Shown here: piece by piece, positions 21,050 to 32,679 of the stretch
How the letters are laid out: every line of letters begins with the position of its first letter
How positions within the stretch are numbered: the stretch's first letter is position 1
Program-made: the position numbers and the translations under genes
The notes under the pieces: generated by a model
What the model was told of the DNA's origin: nothing
The model's input: the letters and a program-made list of their open reading frames with translations, nothing else
Databases searched by the model: none
Assembly (NCBI GenBank): GCA_977020255.1
Contig: CDROCS010003840.1
Location: 124,001-188,000, forward strand
Length of the DNA: 64,000 nt
Source of the DNA: Obrimoposthia wandeli
Taxonomy: Eukaryota
Reading direction: 5' to 3'

Positions 21050-21388
21050 ATGAAAAAAATTATTTTATTACTAATGATGTGCTCATTTTCCGTTTTTGCT
21101 GACGACAAAGCGGTGGTAGGTAGTGATGCGACTGAAGCGCTAGAACAAGTTACCAGTGAAGTGACTTCAGAGTTGGTTACGGTGGAACGAGCAGAAGAGT
21201 TAGGTTTAAACCGTGCAACGACTTATGAAGTATACAGCACCGTTAGTGTTGATAATTTAGAGCAGAATATTGCCGAAAAAGTGAAGGAGTCTAAAGTGCC
21301 ATTCTATTCAGTTGAATTTAATGAAGCGACTCAGAGCGACAGTAATTACCGCGCAGAAGTGACGGAGTATTTTAGTAAAGTTGAGTAA
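21050..21388 (+). CDS. Small secreted acidic protein of unknown function
   Basis: Signal peptide MKKIILLLMMCSFSVFA-DD; terminator at about 21405-21430. Confidence 0.7.
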   Translation: MKKIILLLMMCSFSVFADDKAVVGSDATEALEQVTSEVTSELVTVERAEELGLNRATTYEVYSTVSVDNLEQNIAEKVKESKVPFYSVEFNEATQSDSNYRAEVTEYFSKVE

Positions 21389-21437
21389 GCAGTACGTTCA
21401 TACTAAAAAGCCCGATGATATCGGGCTTTTTGACGAA

Positions 21438-21830
21438 TTATGCGCGTTGGATTAGCTCAATCTTATAACCATCAGGGTCGGTAACAAAAGCAATATGTGT
21501 ATCACCACCTTTAACAACCCCAGGTTCGCGAGTTACATTGCCGCCAGCCGCTTTAATGGCTTCGCATGTTGCATAGATATCTTCAGTGCCAATAGCGATA
21601 TGACCAAATGCGTCACCCATTTCATATTCAGTTGTTCCCCAGTTGTAGGTCAACTCGATAACAGCACCTTGCGATTCATCACCATACCCGACGAAAGCTA
21701 GCGTGTATTTATAGGCTTCATTTTCACGCTTACGCAGTAAATCCATACCCATTACATTGGTATAAAAATTGATTGCGCGGTCTAGATCACCGACGCGAAG
21801 CATTGTGTGAAGAATACGTCCATTAGCCAT
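21438..21830 (-). CDS. gloA: Lactoylglutathione lyase (glyoxalase I)
   Basis: [18 protein letters not shown] and [10 protein letters not shown] motifs. Confidence 0.96.
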   Translation of the reverse strand: MANGRILHTMLRVGDLDRAINFYTNVMGMDLLRKRENEAYKYTLAFVGYGDESQGAVIELTYNWGTTEYEMGDAFGHIAIGTEDIYATCEAIKAAGGNVTREPGVVKGGDTHIAFVTDPDGYKIELIQRA

Positions 21831-21852
21831 GTTTTACTCCAGTGTTTAAAGA

Positions 21853-22494
21853 TTATTCATCAGGGTATATTTTGTCTTTGAACTCGCAAAGGTCTTCAAT
21901 AATACAGCTGCCACAACGGGGTTTACGTGCAATACAGGTATAACGTCCGTGTAGAATTAACCAGTGGTGCACATCTACTTTGAATTCTGTTGGCACGACT
22001 TTAAGCAGTTTTTCTTCAACTTGGTCAACGTTTTTACCCATGGCAAATTTGGTACGATTCGACACGCGAAAGATATGGGTATCAACGGCAATCGTCGGCC
22101 AGCCAAACGCGGTATTTAGCACAACATTGGCGGTTTTTCGCCCTACACCGGGTAGTGCTTCTAGCGCTTCACGATCTTCTGGAATTTCACCTTTGTGCTT
22201 ATCCAGTAAAATCTTACAGGTCTTAATGACGTTTTCAGCTTTGGAATTAAATAACCCAATGGTTTTAATGTACGTTTTAACCTCATCAACCCCCAAATCG
22301 TAGATAGCTTGTGGCGTATTGGCGATAGGGTAGAGTTTATCTGTTGCCTTGTTCACACTCACGTCTGTCGCTTGAGCTGATAAGAGAACAGCAATCAGTA
22401 GCTCGAAGGGAGAACTCCATTTTAGCTCTGTTTCAGGGTGAGGGGTTTCTGCCCGTAAGCGTTCTAGAATTTGGATACGTTTTTGATTGTTCAT
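21853..22494 (-). CDS. nth: Endonuclease III
   Basis: LPGVGRKTANV HhH motif, VDTH, and C-X6-C-X2-C-X5-C cluster. Start set at MNNQKR. Confidence 0.96.
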   Translation of the reverse strand: MNNQKRIQILERLRAETPHPETELKWSSPFELLIAVLLSAQATDVSVNKATDKLYPIANTPQAIYDLGVDEVKTYIKTIGLFNSKAENVIKTCKILLDKHKGEIPEDREALEALPGVGRKTANVVLNTAFGWPTIAVDTHIFRVSNRTKFAMGKNVDQVEEKLLKVVPTEFKVDVHHWLILHGRYTCIARKPRCGSCIIEDLCEFKDKIYPDE

Positions 22495-22630
22495 TGCTTG
22501 CTTCCTGGCTGCACCGCAAATGGCTTGTATCACATTAATTCATGTCGGGGGAGTGATGGGCGGTTGAGTCGCCCATCATGTGATGAATGTTTTGCGGTTT
22601 ACTTTGTACGGTTAACAATACGAATGTGCT

Positions 22631-23332
22631 CTAATCGGCAGATGTAATGCGTACTCGTTCGATTTCTGGCTTTTTATCGGCAGTTAATGCATTTTTCTCT
22701 TCACGTTTTTTATCGATCACATTTTTTAACGCAATCATGAAGCCGACACCGAGGAATGCACCGGGTGGCAGCATGGCAAGTAAGAAGCTGCTATCAAAGC
22801 TGAAGACTTCAATACGCAGTGACGAAGCCCAGTCACCCAATAGGCGATCTGCACCATCGAAAAGTGTGCCGTTGCCTAAAATTTCACGCATGGCACCGAG
22901 TACAACGAGTGCAGCTGTCATGCCTAAACCCATCCATAGACCATCTAAGGTCGCGGGGATTGGATCGTTTTTAGAGGCAAATGCTTCGGCACGACCAATG
23001 ATAATACAGTTAGTCACAATTAACGGAATGAAGATGCCTAATGATTGGTATAAACCATAGGTGTATGCATTCATTAGTAATTGTACGCATGTGACGAGTG
23101 CCGCAATGATCATCACAAAGACCGGAATACGGACTTCTGATGGGATCCATTGGCGCACCAAAGATACGATCAAATTAGAACCGACCAATACCGCCGTTGT
23201 CGCTAAGCCTAAGCCAAGGGCATTGGTCACTGTGGACGATACGGCTAATAACGGACACAAGCCTAATAGTTGTACAATGGCAGGGTTATTGACCCACATG
23301 CCATTTTTCATTAATTCTTTATTTGTGCTCAT
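22631..23332 (-). CDS. rsxE: Rnf/Rsx complex subunit E
   Basis: [20 protein letters not shown] and LPPGAF motifs. Confidence 0.95.
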   Translation of the reverse strand: MSTNKELMKNGMWVNNPAIVQLLGLCPLLAVSSTVTNALGLGLATTAVLVGSNLIVSLVRQWIPSEVRIPVFVMIIAALVTCVQLLMNAYTYGLYQSLGIFIPLIVTNCIIIGRAEAFASKNDPIPATLDGLWMGLGMTAALVVLGAMREILGNGTLFDGADRLLGDWASSLRIEVFSFDSSFLLAMLPPGAFLGVGFMIALKNVIDKKREEKNALTADKKPEIERVRITSAD

Positions 23333-23964
23333 GATTCACCCTGACAGTTCAAAGGTTGACTGAGTAGCGCTTGTTGGTAACGTTCAAAGTATAGTGAAAC
23401 ATTCTTCACTGCTTTTACAACGGCACGCGGTGTGATCGTTGCGCCAGTAAATTGGTCGAACTCACCACCGTCTTTTCTGACTGCCCATGCGGGATCTTTC
23501 TCACCGTTCAGTTTCTTACCTGTAAAGGCATAGATCCAGTCGGTAATACGCGTTTCGATTTTATCACCTAAACCGGGGGTTTCATTGTGCTGTAGAACAC
23601 GAACACCTGTTACATACCCGGCCATGTCTAAACCTACAATCAGTTTAATCGCACCACTGTAACCATCGGGTGCAATCGCTTCTATGGCGACACCCGTCGG
23701 TTCACCATCCTTTTCTGCTATGTATGCAGGCATAGATACTGGTGTGCCTATATATTGCTGGTTCGTAATGAGTGTGCAGCTTTTGTATAATTCATTGTCA
23801 TGATTAGCGGCTGGGATCACCTGATTAAGAACTTTTAGCAGCTGTTTTTGCTGCTGTTCTAGAATTTTATCTTCTGTCAGTAAATGGGTGACTGAGACTA
23901 ATGCTGTTGCCAATAAGGCAAATATCGCTAGCACGCCACCGTTTTTTTTCATTGCATTTAGCAT
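23329..23964 (-). CDS. rsxG: Rnf/Rsx complex subunit G
   Basis: APDGYSG, ETPGLG and FTGATIT (FMN attachment) motifs. Confidence 0.95.
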   Translation of the reverse strand: MLNAMKKNGGVLAIFALLATALVSVTHLLTEDKILEQQQKQLLKVLNQVIPAANHDNELYKSCTLITNQQYIGTPVSMPAYIAEKDGEPTGVAIEAIAPDGYSGAIKLIVGLDMAGYVTGVRVLQHNETPGLGDKIETRITDWIYAFTGKKLNGEKDPAWAVRKDGGEFDQFTGATITPRAVVKAVKNVSLYFERYQQALLSQPLNCQGES

Positions 23965-23976
23965 GGTAGTGCGCTC

Positions 23977-25026
23977 CTAAGAATGACCGAAAGTACGAGG
24001 TCGGGTGTAATAATCAATCAGTGGTACACACATGTTGCCAAGTAAGACCCCAAATGCAACCCCATCAGGGAAGCCACCCCAAGTGCGAATGAGGTAAACC
24101 AGCAGCCCAATGAGTGCGCCAAAGATGATGCGCCCTTTCACTGTCGTGCATGCCGATACGGGGTCAGTTGCAATAAAGAATGCCCCTAACATGGTTGCAC
24201 CAGAGAACAGGTGGAAGATAGGAGAGGCAGTACCATCAGGGTTTAATAGGTAGGCAATACTGCTGATCAAAAATAGCATGCCTAGCATTCCTGCTGGAAT
24301 TTGCCATTGGATAATGCGCATTTTCAGCATGATTAAACCACCAATCAAAAAGCCAATATTAACCCACTCCCAACCGATGCCTGCAATGGCGCCATATATT
24401 GGGTTTGCCAATGTTTCAGAGGCTGTTAGCCCTGTGGTTAATGACGTCTTAAATGTATCAAGCGGTGTAGCCATTGTTACGCCATCGATTGACATGCGTA
24501 GCTGATGAACACTAAAACCGTCTTGAGTGAATCCTGTAAAAACAGCATATACACTATCAATTAAAGAGACTGGCTCTGCACTTAATGATGCTGGTGGTAA
24601 CCATGTTGTCATTTGTACTGGAAATGAAATGAGCAGTACCACATAGGCAACCATTGCCGGGTTAAAGAGGTTTTGCCCTAAGCCGCCATAGAGATGTTTA
24701 GCGATAAGAATGGCAAAAATAACCCCGATTACTGTTATCCACCATGGTGCTAACGGTGGAATAGACAACCCTAATAAAAGACCGGTTAGTAATGCGCTAT
24801 TATCACGAAGATAAGGCATTATTGGACGTTTTCTTAATTTAACAATGATAGCTTCAGTGACAACTGCAACAGAAGACGCCAACAGAATTTGAATTAACGT
24901 ACCCCAGCCAAAAAAGAACCATTGTGCAGCTACACCAAAAACGGTGCAGAAAATAACGGTGCGCATAATGTTGCTGGTACTGCGACGATTATGAGTATGC
25001 GGAGAACTGGCAATTTTGAAAGCCAC
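23977..25026 (-). CDS. rsxD: Rnf/Rsx complex subunit D
   Basis: [25 protein letters not shown] and FIATDPV motifs. Confidence 0.95.
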   Translation of the reverse strand: MAFKIASSPHTHNRRSTSNIMRTVIFCTVFGVAAQWFFFGWGTLIQILLASSVAVVTEAIIVKLRKRPIMPYLRDNSALLTGLLLGLSIPPLAPWWITVIGVIFAILIAKHLYGGLGQNLFNPAMVAYVVLLISFPVQMTTWLPPASLSAEPVSLIDSVYAVFTGFTQDGFSVHQLRMSIDGVTMATPLDTFKTSLTTGLTASETLANPIYGAIAGIGWEWVNIGFLIGGLIMLKMRIIQWQIPAGMLGMLFLISSIAYLLNPDGTASPIFHLFSGATMLGAFFIATDPVSACTTVKGRIIFGALIGLLVYLIRTWGGFPDGVAFGVLLGNMCVPLIDYYTRPRTFGHS

Positions 25027-25029
25027 GGC

Positions 25030-27618
25030 TTAATTATCCTTGTTATTCAGTTGAGCTTCTTTTTCTGCTTGTTGCGCCGCTTTACGGGCTTTCGCACGTG
25101 CAACGGCAGCAGCTATAGCGGCTTTTTTCGGATCGATTTCGGCTTCCTTCGGATCGACCTCGGCTTCTACCGCGGAAGCAGGTTCTGTGTTTGAACTCGA
25201 ATCGGGTTCTTCTACGTCATCTTGGTCAGCTTGTTGCGCGGCTTTACGGGCTTTCGCACGTGCAACGGCAGCAGCTATTGCGGCTTTCTTCGGATCGACC
25301 TCGGCTTCTACCGCGGAAGCTGGTTCTGTGTTTGAACTCGAATCGGGTTTTGCTACGTCATCTTTTTCAGCTTGTTGCGCCGCTTTACGGGCTTTTGCAC
25401 GTGCAACGGCAGCAGCTATTGCGGCTTTCTTCGGATCGACCTCGGCTTCTACCGCGGAAGCTGGTTCTGTGTTTGAACTCGAATCGGGTTCTGTTGTGTT
25501 CTTTTGGTCAGCTTGTTGCGCGGCTTTACGGGCTTTCGCACGTGCAATGGCGGCAGCTATTGCGGCTTTCTTCGGATCGACCTCGGCTTCTACCGCGGAA
25601 GCAGGTTCTGCATTTGAACTCGAATCGGTTTCCGCTGCGTTAGTTTGGTCAGCTTGTTGTGCCGCTTTACGGGCTTTTGCACGTGCAATGGCAGCAGCAA
25701 TTGCGGCTTTCTTCGGATCGATTTCGGCTTCTACCGTTGAAGCTGATTCCGTGTTTGAACGCGAATCGGGTTCCGCTACGTCATTTTGGCCAGCTTGTTG
25801 TGCCGTTTTACGGGCTTTCGCACGTGCAATGGCAGCAGCTATAGCAGCTTTCTTAGGATCGACCTCGGCTTCCACCGCTGACGTAGATTCCGTGTTTGAG
25901 CTTGACTCTGATTCAGCAGCTTTTCTCTCACGCGCTAAACGTTTACGTTCTTCTCGTAATTTCGCCATTTCTGTATTATCAGGAACCGCGGTTTTATCTG
26001 CTTGGGCTGCTTGTTTGGCTTTTGCTCGAGCAATAGCGGCAGCTACAGCGGGCTTCTTTTCTGTATCTGGTGAACTTGCAGCGGCTTGTTTGGCTTTCAC
26101 GCGAGCAATGGCTGCGGCTACCGCATCATCACCACCCTTAGTTGCGGTTTCTTTACGACGATCATCAGCGGCTTTCTTAAAGCGATTCTCACGCTCAGCT
26201 TTGTCTCGTACCATACGCGCATTTTTAGCTTCAAAGCGTAATCTTGCGCGCTCGGCATTGGCTTCATCTTGTTTTCTGGCGGTGATTTCAGATTTAGCCT
26301 GACGGTAGTATTGAACAAGTGGGATTTCACTTGGGCACACATAAGCACACGCACCGCATTCAATACAGTCGAAGAGGTTATATTCTTCGCATTTTTCGTA
26401 ATCTTTATCTTTCGCGTACCACTGTAATTGCTGAGGTAATAAAGATGCAGGGCAAGCTTCTGCACACGCAGTACAACGAATACAGGCCATCTCGTGAGTA
26501 TGTAAAGGCAATTCTTTTCGTTTAGGCGCAAGAATGCAGTTTGTCACTTTAGTAACAGGCACATTGGCGTGAGGTAAAGTGAAGCCCATTAATGAACCGC
26601 CAATAATGACGCGAGGGTACTTCTTATCTGGCTGATAGCTGTAGTTATCAAGCAGGTATGAAATTGGTGTTCCGAGGCGCGCAAAAACATTACCACGTTG
26701 CTGAAAAGCTTCTCCCGTTAAGGTAACGACGCGTTCAATTAAAGGCTCGCCGTCGATAATGGCACGTTTGACAGCAAAAGCTGTTCCCACGTTTTGTACA
26801 ATGACACCGACCGATGTTGATCGCGCTTGGCTGGGTACTTCACGCCCAGTCAGTACTTTAACCAGTTGCTTTGAACTGCCTGATGGGTACTTAGTCGGTA
26901 TAACTCGAATAATGATGTGGTCATCTTTCGTAACGTGTTTTTCTAATGCTGTAATGGCTTCTGGTTTGTTGTCTTCAATACCAATCATCGTTAACTTTGG
27001 TTTCACGATATGGCGAAGAATACGAATACCATCAATAACTTCTGCGGCATAATCTTGCATTAAGCGATCATCTGCGGTGATATAAGGCTCACACTCCGCT
27101 GCATTGATGATCAGAATATCAACTTTACCCAAACCACCTTGCAATTTACGGCTGGTCGGGAAACCTGCGCCACCTAAACCTGCAATACCACTGAGTCGTA
27201 TTTTCTCGATCAGATCAGCAGATTCTTCGGCGGTATAATCAGCTACAGGTGATTGTTCACACCATTGGTCATTACCATCGCTGTCGATAACAATACATAA
27301 ATCGGTTAAACCTGAAGGATGGGCGATCGTGCGTTGTTCTATTGCCGTAATTGTTCCCGACGTGGGCGCATGCACAGGTACACACATGGCAATATCACCT
27401 TGGGTCAGTGGCTGACCTTTCAGGACTTTATCGCCAATCGCGATAATAATATCGCCTCTAGACCCTATATGTTGCTTTAGAGGGAGAATAAGTTGCTGCG
27501 GTACGCCAGCGTGTTGCAGTTCAACTTGATTAGAAATGGCTTTGTTTTCTGCTGGATGAACACCGCCATGAAAATCCCAAAGCTGACCTTGTTTTATTTG
27601 TTCGATTATTGACAGCAT
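25030..27618 (-). CDS. rsxC: Rnf/Rsx complex subunit C with long C-terminal repeats
   Basis: FHGGVHP, GLGGAGFPT, NAAECEPY and two 4Fe-4S motifs; DPKKAAIAAA repeats. Confidence 0.95.
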   Translation of the reverse strand: MLSIIEQIKQGQLWDFHGGVHPAENKAISNQVELQHAGVPQQLILPLKQHIGSRGDIIIAIGDKVLKGQPLTQGDIAMCVPVHAPTSGTITAIEQRTIAHPSGLTDLCIVIDSDGNDQWCEQSPVADYTAEESADLIEKIRLSGIAGLGGAGFPTSRKLQGGLGKVDILIINAAECEPYITADDRLMQDYAAEVIDGIRILRHIVKPKLTMIGIEDNKPEAITALEKHVTKDDHIIIRVIPTKYPSGSSKQLVKVLTGREVPSQARSTSVGVIVQNVGTAFAVKRAIIDGEPLIERVVTLTGEAFQQRGNVFARLGTPISYLLDNYSYQPDKKYPRVIIGGSLMGFTLPHANVPVTKVTNCILAPKRKELPLHTHEMACIRCTACAEACPASLLPQQLQWYAKDKDYEKCEEYNLFDCIECGACAYVCPSEIPLVQYYRQAKSEITARKQDEANAERARLRFEAKNARMVRDKAERENRFKKAADDRRKETATKGGDDAVAAAIARVKAKQAAASSPDTEKKPAVAAAIARAKAKQAAQADKTAVPDNTEMAKLREERKRLARERKAAESESSSNTESTSAVEAEVDPKKAAIAAAIARAKARKTAQQAGQNDVAEPDSRSNTESASTVEAEIDPKKAAIAAAIARAKARKAAQQADQTNAAETDSSSNAEPASAVEAEVDPKKAAIAAAIARAKARKAAQQADQKNTTEPDSSSNTEPASAVEAEVDPKKAAIAAAVARAKARKAAQQAEKDDVAKPDSSSNTEPASAVEAEVDPKKAAIAAAVARAKARKAAQQADQDDVEEPDSSSNTEPASAVEAEVDPKEAEIDPKKAAIAAAVARAKARKAAQQAEKEAQLNNKDN
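25060..25910 (-). repeat. Coding tandem repeat, 141-bp (47-aa) period
   Basis: GGATC anchors at 25856, 25715, 25574, 25433, 25292 and 25151, then 25130 (21-nt microduplication). Confidence 0.92.
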
Positions 27619-27620
27619 GT

Positions 27621-28199
27621 TTAGTCTACCTTGTCAGTATTGGGTTCAGTAGGAAGATTGACGACTGGAATCTGGTTAAGATCCCATTTCCAACTTTCCG
27701 GCGTATCTTTAACCGGAATCATCTCAATACAGTCGGTAGGGCAGGGGGCAACACATAAATCACAGCCAGTACACTCGTCTTTAATAACGGTATGCATGGA
27801 TTTTGTACCACCAACAATGGCATCAACAGGGCAAGCTTGAATGCATTTTGTGCACCCTATGCACATGTCTTCGTGAATAAAAGCAACGGTCTTTATGTTT
27901 TCTTTTTCGTGTGCTGAATCTTGTACTTCCACACCCATTAAGTCGGCTAGCTTTTCAATCGTAGCTTGGCCTCCTGGAGGGCATTTATTAATATCATCGC
28001 CGTTTGCAATCGCTTCTGCATAAGGGCGGCAACCCGGATAGCCACATTGACCACATTGAGTTTGCGGTAAAATGGCATTAATTTGTTCAACAATAGGGTC
28101 AGCTTCGACTTTGAATCGAATAGAAGCAAACCCCAGAATAAGGCCAAAAATTGCGGCTAAGACAGCTATCACAATAGCTGCAATTAAAATTCCGCTCAT
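27621..28199 (-). CDS. rsxB: Rnf/Rsx complex subunit B
   Basis: [26 protein letters not shown] and [12 protein letters not shown] motifs. Confidence 0.95.
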   Translation of the reverse strand: MSGILIAAIVIAVLAAIFGLILGFASIRFKVEADPIVEQINAILPQTQCGQCGYPGCRPYAEAIANGDDINKCPPGGQATIEKLADLMGVEVQDSAHEKENIKTVAFIHEDMCIGCTKCIQACPVDAIVGGTKSMHTVIKDECTGCDLCVAPCPTDCIEMIPVKDTPESWKWDLNQIPVVNLPTEPNTDKVD

Positions 28200-28781
28200 T
28201 TACAGTTTCACCAATCCAGTAAAGCCCATGAAGGCAAGAGACATAAGACCTGCTGTGATCATTGCAATAGAGGCGCCTTTAAAAGGGCCTGGCACATCTG
28301 CCGCGGCAATACGTTCGCGCATAGAAGCGAATAAAATCAAGACTAATGAGAAACCGACTGCGGCACCAAACCCATAAATAACGGATTCGATAAAGTTGTG
28401 GTGTTCATTGATATTCAATAGAGCAACACCTAATACCGCACAGTTAGTCGTAATTAACGGCAGGAAAATACCCAGCAAACGGTATAGCGTTGGGCTCGTT
28501 TTATGTACCACCATTTCGGTAAACTGCACCACAACGGCAATAACAAGAATAAAGCTAAGAGTACGAAGGTATTCAATGCCAAGAGGCGCGAGAATGTAAT
28601 TTTCCACGAGATACGCAGACACGGAAGCCATGGTTAAGACAAATGTCGTCGCCAAGCCCATACCAATCGCAGTTTCCAGCTTCTTAGATACGCCCATAAA
28701 TGGGCATAAACCTAAGAATTTAACGAGTACAAAGTTGTTAACCAACACTGTACCGACAAGTAATAAAAGGTATTCAGTCAT
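28200..28781 (-). CDS. rsxA: Rnf/Rsx complex subunit A
   Basis: [18 protein letters not shown] and [12 protein letters not shown] motifs. Confidence 0.96.
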   Translation of the reverse strand: MTEYLLLLVGTVLVNNFVLVKFLGLCPFMGVSKKLETAIGMGLATTFVLTMASVSAYLVENYILAPLGIEYLRTLSFILVIAVVVQFTEMVVHKTSPTLYRLLGIFLPLITTNCAVLGVALLNINEHHNFIESVIYGFGAAVGFSLVLILFASMRERIAAADVPGPFKGASIAMITAGLMSLAFMGFTGLVKL

Positions 28782-29152
28782 ACCATCATAATTCTATTTG
28801 AAAGAGATCTTAGTATTATCTGATTTTGTGAAGGGTATAACAACTCCTCTCGGGCAGGGTTTTTCAAGTTTGGTGCTATTTTCCTGTTATAAATGCGGCA
28901 ATGTGCATTTCTTTTTATGAACTAGGCTGTCTAACGACATATCAGGATGTTGTATTACATGTGATTTAGTTTAAATTCGTGTTGGAGAACTGTAATTTAA
29001 TGGTATTTATTGCTGAATAATCACCCAATGCATTACTAATAAACTAGTCCCTTGCGCTTTTTGTGATCGCCCCTGTTGTAAATAAGCGTAATAAGGCGTT
29101 ATCTGTCTGCTATAAATTCGGTCAGTATCAAAACAGAGCATAAGGTAGAAAA

Positions 29153-29890
29153 ATGGATATTTTATTGTTAAGTAATGGCAAGATTGCGGGCAACCAACAT
29201 GTTATGGAGTTCGCGAGCGATGCTGTTGTCGAGCAAATCAAACGCACTGGGGCTAAAAACTTAGTTCTGATCCCTTATGCTGTGATTCGCTCTAGCCATG
29301 ATGACCGTGTTGCCTTGGTTCAAGAAACATTTGATGCGTTAGGTTTAGATTGCAAAGTAACGGGTTTACATCGTGCTGAAGATCCAGTGAAGGCGATTCA
29401 AGAAGCTGAAGGTATCTTGGTCAGCGGTGGTAATACTTGGGTACTGAATAAAACATTACACGATTTAGGCTTAGTAGGACCAATTCGCAAAGCGGTTCTT
29501 GATCAAGGCATTCCTTACATAGGCTGGAGTGCAGGAACAAACATTGCGTGCCCTACCATTCGTACAACAAATGATATGCCGATTATTACTGGTGCGGTAC
29601 TTTCATCATTAAATTTGGTGCCATTCCAAATTAACCCTCATTACCTTGAAGCCAATGTGGAAGGTCACATGGGGGAAACTCGTGATGAGCGTATTCAAGA
29701 GTTCTTAGAAGTTAATCAATATGAACCTGTTGTCGGTATTCCTGAAGGTACATGGTTACACCTGTTAAATGGTGAATTGAGCTATCACACTGCGAACGGT
29801 AAGCCGTTAAAGCTATTTAGCCATGGGAAAGACCCGGTTTACTATACTGCAGAACAAAGTGTTCAGTTTTTAATGGCGCATAGCTGCTAA
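29153..29890 (+). CDS. pepE: Dipeptidase E (alpha-aspartyl dipeptidase)
   Basis: VSGGNT, GWSAG, INPHY and GETRDERI motifs. Confidence 0.92.
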   Translation: MDILLLSNGKIAGNQHVMEFASDAVVEQIKRTGAKNLVLIPYAVIRSSHDDRVALVQETFDALGLDCKVTGLHRAEDPVKAIQEAEGILVSGGNTWVLNKTLHDLGLVGPIRKAVLDQGIPYIGWSAGTNIACPTIRTTNDMPIITGAVLSSLNLVPFQINPHYLEANVEGHMGETRDERIQEFLEVNQYEPVVGIPEGTWLHLLNGELSYHTANGKPLKLFSHGKDPVYYTAEQSVQFLMAHSC

Positions 29891-29920
29891 TAAAAGCGGT
29901 GATGCACCCAAATAGATAAT

Positions 29921-29996
29921 TCCCCTTTAGTTCAGTTGGTAGAACGGCGGACTGTTAATCCGTATGTCGCTGGTTCGAGTCCAGCAAGGGGAGCCA
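29921..29996 (+). tRNA. tRNA-Asn (GTT)
   Basis: 76-nt cloverleaf, anticodon arm GACTGTTAATCC, GGTTCGAGTCC T-arm and encoded CCA. Confidence 0.97.
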
Positions 29997-30073
29997 AATA
30001 ACAGGCCTCATCTTCGGATGGGGCTTTTTGCGTTTAGAGTTGGATTTGGACGATAGGCATGTAATGGGAATGT

Positions 30074-30109
30074 AAAAAAACGAGGCGATGGGGCCTCGTT
30101 TTTATTTTT
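30074..30109. terminator. Bidirectional terminator
   Basis: AAAACGAGGC/GCCTCGTTTT stem flanked by A7 and T tracts. Confidence 0.75.
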
Positions 30110-30269
30110 TAGAGCCGTTTTTCTGATTAAGTTGGTCTTTGTTGTGTTAAATGTTTGCTCACATTTACAACTATTTGACAATTGAGTTGCTGTTCAAGCA
30201 ATTGTCAGCCAACTTATTTCACATTTTTGGGCTGATTCAGCTTTTAGATGTGTCAAAAAAGGACGTTAT

Positions 30270-30344
30270 CTAGTGACCATTTTTGTATAGTTCAACAAAT
30301 ACTGGTTGGTATAAAGAGATGATTTTTTCAAAAATACGAGTCAT
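30270..30344 (-). CDS. Candidate 24-aa small protein MTRIFEKIISLYQPVFVELYKNGH
   Basis: GAGG 8 nt before the ATG; TATAAT at 30453-30448; amphipathic-looking sequence. Confidence 0.4.
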   Translation of the reverse strand: MTRIFEKIISLYQPVFVELYKNGH

Positions 30345-30749
30345 TGCGACTTCCTCAATCAATTTAGGTTTTAATAGGGAAACTGTTTTTAACCCACCTA
30401 AAAGATGACTTTTCTTCTCTGGATGGTTCAACCTGTTTCTGCCGCTGATTATAGATATTTTTCGCAAAGTGAAAAGCAAGAAAATTTCCACTTTTGGATT
30501 AGAATAACTAATCCAAAATCTGTGCTAACTTACAGGGTAACTCTATAATTTTGATGTTAATCCCTAGGTCGTATAGGCATGTAACAGATTTAGAAGAAAG
30601 GTGAGTTACCCTTCTTTTTTCTAACTATGTATATACGAGTGATGAAGATTTTAAAATAAGACGTCTTATCCTATTAATTAGCTCGATATGTTATGAAAAA
30701 TCTTATCTTTTAATATGTTATAAAAATTTCAAAAAGAGCGATCTAAAAT

Positions 30750-30763
30750 TTGATCTATATCAA
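30750..30763. promoter_or_regulatory. FNR box 1 of the cydAB promoter
   Basis: TTGAT-CTAT-ATCAA, perfect match. Confidence 0.75.
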
Positions 30764-30799
30764 GCTGGTGGGTGTTGATTGAAAAATGAACAGCTTTTA

Positions 30800-30813
30800 T
30801 TGATGTTTATCAA
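30800..30813. promoter_or_regulatory. FNR box 2 of the cydAB promoter
   Basis: TTGAT-GTTT-ATCAA, perfect match, 50 bp from box 1. Confidence 0.75.
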
Positions 30814-31075
30814 AGAAAAATGTGTGATAAATCCTTTGCCGCGGGCAGTGATTGTCAGTAATATTAGCAATGACTGTATTAGCTGTAGCTTAACAGTAAA
30901 ATAACTAATTTGACACATAGCCGCAACATAAAAAGGAAGTCATTGATATCACTTGATATGGCAGCCAGGACGGCAATCAAATTGCGGGTTTGTAAGCTAC
31001 ATTTTGCTAAGCCCAACAATCGGTACACTGTGTAAGTACTATCGTCACTCAGCCTGACGAAAAAAGGAGTTCAAC

Positions 31076-32662
31076 ATGTTCACTGATGTCGTCGAACTAT
31101 CGAGATTACAGTTCGCATTAACTGCGATGTATCACTTTTTGTTCGTACCACTGACTCTAGGTATGGCGTTCCTACTAGCCATCATGGAATCAGTTTATGT
31201 AATGACTGGAAAGCAAATCTATAAGGACATGACAAAGTTCTGGGGTAAGCTTTTTGGTATTAACTTTGCTCTAGGTGTGGCTACCGGCCTTACTATGGAA
31301 TTCCAGTTTGGTACAAACTGGGCATATTATTCTCACTACGTTGGTGACATTTTCGGGGCGCCTCTTGCCATCGAAGCGTTGATGGCGTTCTTCCTAGAAT
31401 CCACTCTGGTTGGTCTATTCTTTTTCGGCTGGGATCGTTTATCAAAACGTCAACACCTTGCGGTGACATGGTTGGTTGCGATTGCATCTAGCTTCTCTGC
31501 GCTATGGATTCTTATCGCAAACGGTTGGATGCAGAACCCAGTAGGGGCTGAATTTAACTTTGAAACCATGCGTATGGAAATGGTGAGCTTCTCTGAGGTT
31601 ATCTTTAACCCAGTCGCGCAGGTGAAATTCGTTCACACCGTTGCTTCTGGCTATGTAGCTGGTTCGATGTTCGTTCTTGCGATTAGTTCATACTACATGC
31701 TGAAAGGGCGTGATATTCCGTTTGCACGTCGTTCTTTTGCCATTGCGGCATCATTTGGTATGGCTGCGATTGTTTCTGTCATCATTCTTGGTGATGAATC
31801 AGGCTACGAGCTGGGCGATGTTCAGAAAACGAAGCTTGCTGCAATTGAAGCAGAATGGCACACAGAAGAAGCCCCTGCAGCATTCACTGTGTTTGGTTTA
31901 CCAAACCAAGAAACAATGGAAACCGACTTCGCCATTAAGATCCCATACATGATGGGTATTATCGCGACACGTTCTACTGATACCCAAGTAACTGGCTTAC
32001 GTGATCTGAAAGATGAGCACGAAGTCCGTATTCGTAACGGTATGGTTGCGTACGGTTTACTTGAAAAACTACGTAGTGGCGATCGCTCGCCAGAAAATGT
32101 AGCGGCATTTGATGCTGTGAAACACGATCTTGGCTATGGCTTCTTACTTAAGCCATATACAGACAACGTTGTTGATGCAACGCCTGAGCACATTGCACAA
32201 GCCGTTGACGATTCAATCCCTACCGTTTGGCCGTTGTTCTTTAGTTTCCGTATTATGGTTGCTGCTGGCTTCTTAATGCTGGGTATCATTGGTGCTGCAT
32301 TTATCCAAACGTGTCGTCATAAGATCACAGAGAAAAAGTGGTTACTTAAAGCTGCGCTTTACGGTTTACCACTACCTTGGATTGCAATTGAAGCAGGTTG
32401 GTTCGTTGCAGAGTATGGTCGTCAACCATGGGCTGTAGGTGAGATTTTACCTGTATCTATGGCGGTATCTGATCTTGAACCATCAGCCATTATCACAACA
32501 TTGGTGTCAATGATTGCACTTTACACCGTGTTCTTGATTGCTGAAGTGTACTTGATGGTTAAGTTCGCACGTAAAGGTCCAAGTAGCCTGAAAACAGGTC
32601 GTTATCACTTTGAACAAAATGATGCACCACAGAATGTGGTATCGCGTCAGGTTGAAGCGTAA
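31076..32662 (+). CDS. cydA: Cytochrome bd-I oxidase subunit I
   Basis: [25 protein letters not shown] and GRQPW motifs. Confidence 0.97.
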   Translation: MFTDVVELSRLQFALTAMYHFLFVPLTLGMAFLLAIMESVYVMTGKQIYKDMTKFWGKLFGINFALGVATGLTMEFQFGTNWAYYSHYVGDIFGAPLAIEALMAFFLESTLVGLFFFGWDRLSKRQHLAVTWLVAIASSFSALWILIANGWMQNPVGAEFNFETMRMEMVSFSEVIFNPVAQVKFVHTVASGYVAGSMFVLAISSYYMLKGRDIPFARRSFAIAASFGMAAIVSVIILGDESGYELGDVQKTKLAAIEAEWHTEEAPAAFTVFGLPNQETMETDFAIKIPYMMGIIATRSTDTQVTGLRDLKDEHEVRIRNGMVAYGLLEKLRSGDRSPENVAAFDAVKHDLGYGFLLKPYTDNVVDATPEHIAQAVDDSIPTVWPLFFSFRIMVAAGFLMLGIIGAAFIQTCRHKITEKKWLLKAALYGLPLPWIAIEAGWFVAEYGRQPWAVGEILPVSMAVSDLEPSAIITTLVSMIALYTVFLIAEVYLMVKFARKGPSSLKTGRYHFEQNDAPQNVVSRQVEA

Positions 32663-32679
32663 TTCAGGGAGAGTAAGCA

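Noticed and set aside
25060-25910. Regularly spaced repeats as a CRISPR array
   Set aside because: They are in-frame coding repeats with similar, not unique, spacers, and no cas genes are present.
25187-26302. 371-aa plus-strand ORF and other ORFs overlapping the rsxC tail
   Set aside because: Antisense shadows of the Ala/Lys-rich repeat, which lacks stop codons on the opposite strand.
30270-30491. 73-aa version of the minus-strand ORF upstream of cydA
   Set aside because: The upstream start lacks an RBS and lies upstream of the putative -10. Only the 24-aa form from 30344 has a good RBS.
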